Below, in pieces: positions 36,703 through 46,720 of a stretch of 64,000 nucleotides of DNA; within the stretch, counting starts at the first letter, position 1, and every line of letters starts with the position of its first letter. The notes beneath the pieces are model-generated. The model saw only the letters and a list, made by a program, of their open reading frames with translations, searched no databases and was not told the DNA's origin. Origin of the DNA: an uncultured Acidimicrobiales bacterium (lineage in GTDB: Bacteria; Actinomycetota; Acidimicrobiia; Acidimicrobiales; DATKAS01); contig CAVSCP010000009.1 of NCBI GenBank assembly GCA_963726495.1, positions 79,665 through 143,664 of the forward strand, in the 5' to 3' direction. Position numbers and translations under genes: made by a program.

Positions 36703-39259
36703 ATGTGGCGCGTCACCATCAGGGGCCTGTTGGCCAAGAAGCTGCGACTGTTCACGACCGCGCTCGCGGTCATGCTCGGCGTCGCGTTCATGTCGGGGAC
36801 GCTCGTGCTCACCGACACGATGGGGAAGGTCTTCGACGACCTCTTCGCGGACGTGAACCGTGGCACCGATGCGTTCGTCCGTGGCCAGACCGTCTTCAAG
36901 AGCGACTTCGGCGACGTCCGCAGCCGCATCCCCGCGTCGCTGGTCACCACCGTCCAGGGCGCCGAAGGCGTGAAGGCCGCAGAAGGATCGGTGCAGGGCT
37001 ATGCCCAGCTGGTGAAGGCCGAACGGCAAGGCGCTGAGCTCCGGCCAGGCGCCGAACATCGGGAGCAGCTGGGGCGAGGTCCCCGAGCTGAACCCGTGGA
37101 CGATCGTCGAGGGGCGCGCCCCGACCGGCACCGACGAGATCATCATCGACAAGGGCAGCGCGGACAAAGGCGACTTCACAGTCGGCCAGAAGGTCAAGGT
37201 GCTTGCTGAAGGGCCCCACGCAAGAGTTCACGATCAGCGGCATCGCGAGGTTCGGCACCACCGACTCACCGGCCGGCGCGATCGTTCGTCGGCTTCACCT
37301 ACAACACCGCGCAGAAGCTGCTCGCCGAACCCGGCCAGATCGACTCGATCTCCGCGGTCGCCGACAGCGGCGTGTCTCAAGAGCAGCTCGTCGGCGAACA
37401 TCCAGAAGGTGCGTGCCGCCTGACGTCGAGGTGCTCACGGGCGAGCAGATCACCAAGGAGAACCAGAACGACATCAAGCAGGGCCTCCGGTTCTTCAACA
37501 TCTTCTTGCTCGTGTTCGCCGGCGTCGCCGTCTTCGTCGGGATGTTCATCATCTACAACACGTTCTCGATCCTCGTCGCGCAGCGAGGTCGTGAGCTTGC
37601 GCTGCTGCGAGCCATCGGCGCGAGTCGAAGACAGGTGCTCGGCTCGGTGCTGCTCGAGGGAGTCGCAGTGGGGCTGATCGCGTCGATCGTCGGCCTCGCG
37701 CTCGGCGTCCTCGTGGCGATGGGGCTCACCTCGCTGCTCGGCGCGCTCGGGATCGACCTCCCGAGCGGCTCGCTCGTCCTGCTCCCGCGCACAGTCATCG
37801 TCAGCCTCATCGTCGGCGTCGGCATCACCGTGGTGTCCGCGCTGGTTCCCCGCTCGTCGGGCCTCGCGCATACCGCCCGTCGCCGCGATGCGCGAGGTCG
37901 CGGTCGACACGTCGGCCTCGTCCCGCAAGCGGGTGATCACCGGCCTCATCGCGCTCGCCCTCGGCGTGCTGTTGCTCTTCGCCGGCTTGGCGAAGGGCGG
38001 TGGAAAGGGCGCGATCCAGGTCGGCCTCAGCGCGCTCGTCGTGTTCGGCGGCCGCCACCATCCTCGGTCCGGTGATCGCGAAGCCGGTGGCCAAGCTGCT
38101 CGGCGCACCGCTGCCCAGGTTGCGAGGGCATGAGCGGCACGCTCGCCCGAGAGAACGCAGTGCGCAACCCGCGGCGCACGGCATCGACGGCGGCCGCGCT
38201 GATGATCGGCGTCGGCATCGTCGTGTTCATCCTCGTGCTCGCGGCGTCGGTGAAGCAGTCCATCACCGACATCACCGGCAGCCAGCTGAAGGCCGACTAC
38301 ATCATCAACACGACGACCGGTGGCTTCGGGAACAGCGTCGGGTTCAGCCCCGACCTCGCCACCAACGTCAGCGCGCCTGCCCGAGGTGCAGAGCGTCTCG
38401 GGCATGCGGTTCGGCGCGATGCAGGTCGAACGGCGGCACGAAGTTCGTGTTCGCGGTCGACCCGACGACGATCGAGGACGTCTACGACTTCGTGAACGTG
38501 ACCGGGTCGATCAAAGACCTCAGCAAGATCAACACGATCGCCGTCGACAAGAAGGTGGCGGAGAAGAACGGATGGGCGATCGGCACCACGATCGACGTGA
38601 CGTTCGCGAGCGAGACCACGCCGATGAAGATCGTCGCGTTGATCGACGGCTCGAAGGCCTTCTCGAACTGGGGGATGGGCATCCCGACGTACGAGCTGCA
38701 CTTCGCCGACCAGTTCGACTCGTTCGTCTTCGTCAAGCTGAAGCCCGGCGCCGACACCGCAGCCTTCGAGCAGGGCGTCAACAACATCTTGAAGGACTAC
38801 CCGACCGCGGAGCTGCAGACGCCCGAGCAGTTCACGAACTCGGTCGCCGGCCAGATCAACCAGCTCGTCAGCGTCATCTACGCGTTGCTCTTCCTCGCGA
38901 TCATCATCGCCCTGCTCGGCATCGCGAACACGCTCGCGCTGTCGATCTACGAACGCCGCCACGAGATCGGGCTCTTGCGCGCGGTCGGCATGACGAGACG
39001 CCAGGTGCGTTCTTCGGTGCGCTGGGAGTCGGTGATCATCGCGCTCTTCGGCACCGCGCTCGGGCTCGTCATCGGCGTCGCGTTCGGCGCGGCGATCGTG
39101 CGATCGCTGCGGACCCTCGGGTTCACGGGCTTCGTGATCCCGTTCGGCCAGCTGGTCTTCGTGGCGTTCCTCGCCGCCGTCGCGGGCGTCGCCGCCGCGA
39201 TCCTGCCCGCGCGCAAGGCGGCCAAGCTCGACATCCTGTCGTCCATCGCGACCGAGTAG
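36703..39259 (+). pseudogene. ABC transporter permease with two FtsX-like domains (MacB-type), many frame breaks
   Basis: Starts MWRVTIRGLLAKKLRLFTTALAVMLGVAFMSG. The first FtsX part is in ORF 37203..38075 (..FAGVAVFVGMFIIYNTFSILVAQRGRELALLRAIGASRRQV..). The second is in ORF 38000..39259 (..LGIANTLALSIYERRHEIGLLRAVGMTRRQV..). The pieces span all three frames. Confidence 0.85.
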
Positions 39260-39262
39260 CCG

Positions 39263-39664
39263 ATGGCCGGCTACTCGGGCACGCCCCTGGCGAAGAAGCT
39301 GGGCATCAAGGACGGGGACGAGGTCGTGGCGCTCGCAGCGCCCGACGGGTTCGCCGACCTCGTCGACGGCGCGCCGGTCACCGCGGCGAGCCGTGTGCCG
39401 CGGCGGGCGGACGTGATCGTCGCGTTCTTCACCAAGCGTGCGGACCTGGCGAAGCGGATCGAAGGGTGCGGCAAGGCGATCTTCCCCGACGGTGGGCTGT
39501 GGATCGCGTGGCCGAAGAAGGCATCCGGCGTGGCGACGGACATCACCGAAGACACCGTGCGCGAGGTCGCGCTTCCCCTCGGCCTCGTCGACAACAAGGT
39601 GTGTGCGATCGACGAGGTGTGGTCCGGTCTGCGCGTCGTGTGGCGTCGCGACCGCCGCGGCTGA
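39263..39664 (+). CDS. DUF3052-like protein
   Basis: Intact 133-aa ORF (MAGYSGTPLAKKLGIKDGDEVVAL..LWIAWPKKASG..). Confidence 0.6.
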   Translation: MAGYSGTPLAKKLGIKDGDEVVALAAPDGFADLVDGAPVTAASRVPRRADVIVAFFTKRADLAKRIEGCGKAIFPDGGLWIAWPKKASGVATDITEDTVREVALPLGLVDNKVCAIDEVWSGLRVVWRRDRRG

Positions 39665-39668
39665 CTCG

Positions 39669-41372
39669 ATGAGCGCGTCTCTCGTCGCGCACGCGCTCAG
39701 GTTCCGGCGGGCCGACGCGGTGATCCTCGACGGTGTGTCGCTGACGATCGGGCCCCGGACCCGGGTGGGCGTGGTCGGCGACAACGGGAGCGGGAAGACG
39801 ACGCTGCTGCGCTTGCTCGCAGGCGAGCTGCACGCGGAGCGGGGCACCGTGAAGCTCGCGCCCCCGACCGCAACCGTCGGCTACCTCCCCCAGGAGGCCG
39901 AGCGAGGCGACGGCGAGACGGTGCGGGCGCTGCTCCACCGTCGCACCGGGGTGACCGATGCCGAGCAGGCCCTCGCACGGGCGACGGATGCGCTCGCCGC
40001 GCGCGACGAGGGCGCGGACGACCTGTACTCGGCCGCGCTCGAACGGTGGCTCGCGCTCGGTGGCTCCGACCTCGACGCCCGGATCGGCGTGATCCTCGCC
40101 GACGTCGGGCTGCCGGCCGACGCGCTCGACCAGCGCACGTCGACGCTCTCGGGCGGTCAGGCGGCGCGTGTGTCCCTCGCTGCGATCCTCCTCGCGCGCT
40201 TCGACGTGTTCCTGCTCGACGAACCGACGAACGACCTCGACTTCGCGGGGCTCGATCGCCTCGAGGAGTTCGTGTCGTCGATCGCGGGTGGCGTTGCGAT
40301 CGTGTCGCACGACCGTGCCTTCCTCGAGCGCACGATCACGTCAGTGCTCGAGATCGACGACGTCTCCCACCACGCGACTCTCCACGAAGGCGGCTGGCTC
40401 GCGTACCTCGACGCACGAGCGATTGCCCGCCGCCATGCCGAGGAGGCATACGCCGAGTACACGACCAAGCGCGACCGACTCGTCGACCGCGGCCGGCGCC
40501 AGAAGCAGTGGGCCGCCGACGGGAAGCGGGCGGTGAAGCGCAACCCCGATCCGGACAAGAACGTGAACGCGTTTCGCATCGCGAGCTCGGAGAAGCAGGC
40601 CTCCAAGGTGAAGATCACCGACCGCGCGCTCGAACGGCTCGAGGTCGTGGACAAGCCGTGGGAGCGTTGGGAGCTCCACCTCGAGCTCGCGACCGCACCT
40701 CGCAGCGGCGCGGTGGTGTTCCGGCTCGACGCCGCCGTGATCGAGCGCGGCACGTTCCGTCTCGGTCCGCTCGACCTCGAGATCGGATGGGCCGAGCGCG
40801 CCGCGATCCTCGGGCCGAATGGCACCGGCAAGACGACGCTCCTGAACGTGCTGCTCGGCCGAGTGCCGCTCACGGCGGGCACCCGGTGGATGGGTCCCGG
40901 CGTCGTGGTGGGCGAGCTGGATCAGGCGCGGGCCCGGCTCTCGACCGCCGAGCCGGTGCTGCACACGTTCACTGCCGCGGCTGGGCTGCTGCCTCAGGAA
41001 GCTCGCTCGCTGCTCGCGAAGTTCGGGCTCGGCGCCGCGGACGTCGAGCGGTCGGGCGCGGCCCTGTCGCCTGGCGAGCGCACTCGTGCCGAGCTCGCGT
41101 TGCTCATGGCGCGGGGCACGAACTGCCTCGTGCTCGACGAGCCGACGAACCACCTCGACCTCCCGGCCATCGAACAGCTCGAGCAGGCGCTCGACACGTG
41201 GGAGGGCACGCTGCTGCTCGTGACCCACGACCGGCGCTTGCTCGAGACGGTGCGAGTGACGCGCACGATCGAGCTCGGACCTCCCCAGACGAACTCGCGG
41301 CATAACCCGCCACAGTTGTCCGGTTATTCGCGCGAGAACGGAGGGGGTGGAGGGGGAGGCGTCAGGGGGTGA
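39669..41372 (+). CDS. ABC-F family ATPase (two ABC domains, no TM domain)
   Basis: Walker A motifs are GDNGSGKTT and GPNGTGKTT. Signature motifs are LSGGQAAR and LSPGERTR. The last roughly 30 codons (..NSRHNPPQLSGYSRENGGGGGGGVRG*) are encoded by repeat copy B. Confidence 0.85.
   Translation: MSASLVAHALRFRRADAVILDGVSLTIGPRTRVGVVGDNGSGKTTLLRLLAGELHAERGTVKLAPPTATVGYLPQEAERGDGETVRALLHRRTGVTDAEQALARATDALAARDEGADDLYSAALERWLALGGSDLDARIGVILADVGLPADALDQRTSTLSGGQAARVSLAAILLARFDVFLLDEPTNDLDFAGLDRLEEFVSSIAGGVAIVSHDRAFLERTITSVLEIDDVSHHATLHEGGWLAYLDARAIARRHAEEAYAEYTTKRDRLVDRGRRQKQWAADGKRAVKRNPDPDKNVNAFRIASSEKQASKVKITDRALERLEVVDKPWERWELHLELATAPRSGAVVFRLDAAVIERGTFRLGPLDLEIGWAERAAILGPNGTGKTTLLNVLLGRVPLTAGTRWMGPGVVVGELDQARARLSTAEPVLHTFTAAAGLLPQEARSLLAKFGLGAADVERSGAALSPGERTRAELALLMARGTNCLVLDEPTNHLDLPAIEQLEQALDTWEGTLLLVTHDRRLLETVRVTRTIELGPPQTNSRHNPPQLSGYSRENGGGGGGGVRG
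41291..41359 (+). repeat. Hairpin plus G-tract repeat, copy B
   Basis: The sequence is gaaCTCGCGGCATAACCCGCC-acagttgt-CCGGTTATTCGCGCGAG-aacggagggggtggagggggagg. Its layout matches copy A. It lies inside the 3' end of the ABC-F ORF. Confidence 0.6.
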
Positions 41373-42148
41373 CGCGCAGCTGGCAGCCCGGGCACCAGTA
41401 GGTCACGCGCGCGTTGATGCCCTGCCGCATGACTTCGATCGGCGTATGACATCGCAAGCACGGCTTGCCGGCCCGCCCGTAGACGGCGAGGCCGCCGGTC
41501 ACCGTTGCGCGTTCGCCTCCGCCGAGGTTCGCCTGCAGCAGGTCGGCCGCGGTCTCGACGAGCACGAGGCACGCGCGAGGCGCCAGCGCGCGGAGCTGCG
41601 TACGAGGATCGAGCCGGCAGGCCCAGAGCACCTCGCTCTTGTAGACGTTGCCGACGCCACAGCAAAGCCGTTGATCGAGGAGCACGTCGCCGATCTCCTC
41701 GTGGCCGTCACAGAAGCGGGCCATCCGCTCGACGCACGACCGCAGATCGGCGTCGGCGCGGCACAGGTCGGGGCCGAGCGATCCCAGGCCGGGGTGACGA
41801 CGCCGATCCTCGACCCGGAAGACCTCGACGAGCGGGGCGTTGAAGCAGACCGCCAGCCAACCCTCGACCTGGATCACAACCCGCGCCGACTGCAGGCGCT
41901 TCCGCCAGTTCTCGCCCAGGCCGGTAGAGGTGCCACGAGCCCGACATCCGCATGTGCGTGTGCAGCACGAGACCATCGTCGAACGTGATCTCGAGGTGCT
42001 TCCCGGTCGCTTCGACCGCTTCGATCACCGAGCCGATCTTCGGGCGGAGGCCGACGAGCCGCGGCGCTTCGAACTTCTCGAGGCGCCGCCCGATCAACGC
42101 CGGCCGCAGCCGCGCAGCGGTGCGGTGGATCGTGTCGCCTTCAGGCAT
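41362..42148 (-). pseudogene. nei: Fpg/Nei family DNA glycosylase (endonuclease VIII-like), one frame break near 41940
   Basis: The N-terminus is MPEGDTIHRTA. ORF 41362..41976 follows (..GVGNVYKSEVLW..) and ends in the zinc finger CLRCHTPIEVM..TYWCPGCQ. Confidence 0.8.
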
Positions 42149-42244
42149 CGGGAGCGTGAAGGCCCGGAGGCTCAGAGCCATCCCCCTCAGGACAGCAGAT
42201 GAGAGTCCTCGAAGGGTGGATCGCGGCCGGGGAGAGGGGCGGAG

Positions 42245-45200
42245 TCACGACCGGAGGACGAGACCTCGATAGCCGTCGACGAAGCCGGCGGCGCGCAGCA
42301 TCGGCGCGACGGGCGAAGTGGACGCGGGCTCACCGTCGATGCGGTGGAGCTCGAGCGAGCGCACCCGACCGTCCTTCACGATCCCGGCGAGGGTGTCGGC
42401 CCACAGGTCGTCGCCGAGCGCGCCCGCGAACGTGAGCAGCGAGCGTCCACCCCGGTCGAGGTACGCGACAGCGAGCCCGTCGACGAGCACCACCATCGAG
42501 CCCGCAGCGCGGGCTGGGCGGCCCGACGAGTCGGGCCACGGAAGCGACGCGCCGTACACCTGCGCGGGGTCGGTCGCCGCGAGCACCACGGCCTTCGGCG
42601 CCTCGCTCCCCTCACGTTGGGCCCGCAGGCGATCGACGGCGCCCGGCAGCGCGAACTGGGTCGCGCCCAGCCCGGCAACGAAGTAGCCGCGCCGGAGATG
42701 CCCGCGCTCCTCGAGCGCCTTCAGCACGGGGTACACGCCGGCGAACCCGCCCTCGACACCCTCGGCCAACGCGGCCTCGCGCGTCAGCACGCCGTTGCGT
42801 TCGAGCAGCTGCAGCGCTGAGGCATGCGCGGCCTCGGTCGCGCGAGGCGCGGGGCTCGGCGAGCCACGACACGAGTGACCACCGACCGGCGCCTGCGGGC
42901 GGCCCGATGCGCGTGAGCCGACCCGGGCGGGGCCGTGCGGTCTTCGGCGCGGTCCGCTTCGGCTTGCCCGACAGCAACGCTCGCATCGGCACGAGCGAGT
43001 CGTTCGTGACCTCGCCGGCCCACACGAGATCCCAGAGCGCGGCGAGCAGCTCGGCGTCGGTGACGTCGGTCGCTGCCGCGCGCAGGTCGGACCAGAACGA
43101 CGCGCCTCGCTGAGCCAGATGGGCGCGCACGGCGTCGTGCACCCGTCCGCTGGGCGCTGCGTCGTCGTCCTTCGGAGGGAGCAGCACGCGCACCTGGTCG
43201 CGGAAGAAGAGGCGCACTCGCCCATCTCCCGCACCGATCGGCCCTGCACCGACCCACACGACATCGCCGGACGTGCAGAGCGCGTCGAGGTGCGCGGCCG
43301 AGTAGCCCCGCAGCCGCGCCGGCAGCACATCGGCCTCGAGCGCGGACGCGATCAACGGCGCACCCTGCAGCTGGCCGAGCACCTCGACGAGGCCGTCGAC
43401 CCCGTGCCGCGCACCGGTCTGCACGCCGTGCCACGCGAGCGCGAACCGTGCGTACGCGTCGGCATCGACCGGCTCGACCTCTCGGCGCAGCGCGGCCAGC
43501 GATCGGCGCCGCAGCTGGCGGAGGACTTCGACGTCACACCACTCGCGCTCGACGCCTTCGGGTCGGAACTCACCGCGCACGACACGACCGTCGGCCTCGA
43601 GCGCCCCGAGCGACGCCACGACTCGATTCGCGGGCACGTCGAAGCGGCTCGCGGGCGCCGACGCGAGGAACGGGCCATGGGTGGCGGCGTAGCGGGCAAC
43701 GAGGTCGTCGAGCCCGTGCTCGGCCGGTTCGGTGCAGACCGCAGGCAACCCGAGCGGGATCGCGACGCCGAGGCCGTCGCGGAGGCGTCCGGCATCGTGC
43801 GCGTCAGCGAAGCGATCGCTGCCACCGATCCGAACTGCGATCGCACGCCGCGTCTCGAGCAGCGAGTCGATCGCGGCGCGCACGTCGAGCTCCGAGACGC
43901 AACGCGCGGCAAGCTCGTCGAACGTGAGGTCGCCGAGAAGCCGCAGCAGGTCATGAACTTCGTCGGCGTCGCGCGCCGGGCGATTCGGCGACAGCCGTTG
44001 GAGGTCGAGCTCGAGGTCGGCGAGGACTCCCGGGTCGATGAGCTCGCGCAGCTCTTCGGCGCCCATCAAGTCGCGCAGCAGGTCGCGGTCGAGCGAGAGC
44101 GCGGCGGCGCGACGCTCGGCGAGCGGGGCGTCGTACTCGTACATGTACGCGGCGATCCATCCGAAGAGCAGCGACTGCGCGAACGGCGACGCCTTCGGCG
44201 TGTCGACCGACACCATTCGGATCTTCCGGGACCGGATCTCGCTCAGCACGGTGCGCAGCGCGGGCACGTCGAACACGTCCTGCAAGCACTCACGCGTGGT
44301 CTCGAGCAGCACCGGGAACGACGGATGCTTCGACGCGACCGCGAGCAGGTCGGCGGCGCGCTGGCGCTGCTGCCACAGCGGGGTGCGCTCACCGGGGCGG
44401 CGGCGCGGCAGCAGCAACGAGCGCGCCGCGCACTCGCGGAACCTCGACGCGAAGAGCGACGACGTGGGCAACGTCGACACGACCAGGTCGTCGATCTCCT
44501 CGGGCGCGATGGTCAGCTCGTCGAGCGGGAGGTGGTCGACCGCCTCGGGAAGGCGCAGCACGATGCCGTCGTCCGCCCACATCACCTCGACCGGCATGCC
44601 CAGCCGTTCGTCGAGACGCGCACGCATCGCGATCGCCCACGGCGCGTGCACACGCGCGCCAAACGGCGTGAGCACGCACACGCGCCAGTCGCCGATCTCG
44701 TCGCGGAAGCGCTCGACGACGATCGTGCGGTCGTCCGGCACCGCGCCTCCGGCTTCGGCTTGCTCACGGATGTACCGCAGCACGTTGTCGGCCGCCCAGG
44801 CGTCGAGCCCGAGGCCGTCGGTGAGTCGGGTGAGCGCGTCGGCGTCACGCGCGTCGCGGATCTCGCGCACGAACGCACCGAGCGCACGGCCCAGCTCGAG
44901 GGGACGCCCCGGCCGGTCGCCGTGCCAGAACGGCATCTTCCCGGGCTGTCCGGGCGCCGGCGTCACGATGACTCGCTCGAACGTGATGTCCTCGATGCGC
45001 CACGCCGACGCGCCGAGGAAGAACGTCTCGCCGGCGCGGCTCTCGTAGACCATCTCCTCGTCGAGCTCGCCGACGCGCTTCCCGTCAGGGAGGAACACGC
45101 CGAACAAGCCCGCGGTCGGGGATCGTGCCGCCATTCGTCACCGCGAGGCGCTTCGCTCCCTCACGCGCGCGGAGCATGCCCTCGACGCGATCCCAGACGA

Positions 45201-46710
45201 GCCGCGGCTTCAGCTCACGGAACTCCTCGGACGGGTAGCGACCCGAGAGCAGCTCGAGCACCGACGCAAGCACGTCGTCCGAGAGGTCGGTGAACGGTGC
45301 TGCCCTCCGGACGAGCGCCGCCATGTCGTCCACCGACGTGTCCCCCATCGCGCAATGGGCGACGATCTGCTGCGCGAGCACGTCGAGCGGGTTGCGCAGG
45401 TAGCGCGTCTCCTCGATCAACCCCTCGCGCATGCGATCGACGACGACCGCCGCCTCGAGCAGGTCGCCGCGATGCTTCGGGAAGACCTTGCCTCGGCTCG
45501 GCTCTCCGACCTGATGACCCGCACGGCCGATGCGCTGCAGGCCACGCGACACCGCGCCCGGCGATTCGACCTGGATGACGAGATCGACCGCGCCCATGTC
45601 GATGCCGAGCTCGAGGCTGCTCGTCGCGACGATCGCTCTGAGCGTGCCCGACTTCAGCTGGTCCTCGACCACGACGCGCTGCTCACGCGCGAGCGAGCCG
45701 TGGTGGGCTTTGACGAGATCCTCGCCGCCCTCCTCGATCACGCCTTCCTGCAGCGCGAGCTCGTTGAGACGAGCCGCGAGTCGCTCGGCCTGGCGCCGCG
45801 CGTTGCAGAAGACGATCGTCGAGCGGTGAGCGAGGATCAGCTCGAGCAGCCGCGGGTGCATCGCGGGCCAGATGCTGCGCCGCACCGGGCCCGCCGCGGC
45901 CGGGCCGCTGACCGGCTCGTCGATCACCTCGCCGAGCGCACCCATGTCCTCGACCGGCACGACGATCTCGACGTCGAGCGGCTTGCGCACACCGGCGTTG
46001 ACGATCGTCACCGGCCGCGGGCCGCTCGCGGTGCTGCCGCCGAGGAACCGAGCGATCTCCTCGAGCGGACGTTGGGTCGCCGACAGCCCGATCCGCTGGA
46101 ACGGTCGCTCGCAGATCTCTTCGAGCCGCTCGAGCGAGAGCGCGAGGTGGGCGCCCCGCTTGGTCGGCGCGACCGCATGGATCTCGTCGACGATCACCGC
46201 TTCGACGCCGGTGAGGGTGTCACGCGCCGACGACGTGAGCATCAGGTACAGCGACTCGGGAGTCGTGATCAGCAGATCGGGAGGATGGCGGATGAGCGCG
46301 GTGCGGTCGCGACTCGACGTGTCGCCCGTGCGCATGCCGACGACGGGCTCGGTGAACGGCACCTCGAGTCGCTCCGCGGCGAGCCGGATGCCAGCAAGCG
46401 GCGCTCTGAGGTTCTTCTCGACGTCGAACGCGAGCGCGCGAAGCGGGGACAGGTACAGCAGACGGGTGCGGCCGGCCCGCTCGGGCACCGGCGAGGTCAC
46501 GAGCCGGTCGATGCCCCACAGGAACGCGGCGAGCGTCTTCCCGCTGCCGGTGGGCGCCAGGATCAGCGTGTGCTCGCCGGCCGAGATCGGCCCCCAACCT
46601 TGGGCTTGAGCGGGCGTCGGCTCCGCGAAGGAGCTCGTGAACCAGGCCCGCACCGCGGGCGAGAAGCTCGCCAGCGAGGCCGAGGAGCGGCTCGCCCCGG
46701 TCGGAGTCAC
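42245..46710 (-). pseudogene. lhr: Lhr-type large ATP-dependent DEAD/DEAH-box helicase, two frame breaks (about 45100 and 43300)
   Basis: The N-terminus has ..ILAPTGSGKTLAAF.. and VIVDEIHA. ORFs 45085..46710, 42612..45134 and 42245..43330 join into a protein of about 1490 aa. Confidence 0.85.
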
Positions 46711-46720
46711 CCAGTCGAGG

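Noticed and set aside
38297-39847. 516-aa ORF on the minus strand
   Set aside because: It is antisense to the FtsX-type permease, the DUF3052 gene and the ABC-F start. It has shadow-ORF composition.
41336-41372. G-runs of the repeat elements as G-quadruplex motifs
   Set aside because: Copies A and B offer only three runs of three or more G within a reasonable span. Copy C needs a 9-nt loop. In DNA this GC-rich, such runs are expected by chance. I note the observation but make no claim.
43119-45293. 724-aa ORF on the plus strand
   Set aside because: It is a shadow ORF antisense to lhr. It has no motifs and an Arg-rich composition.
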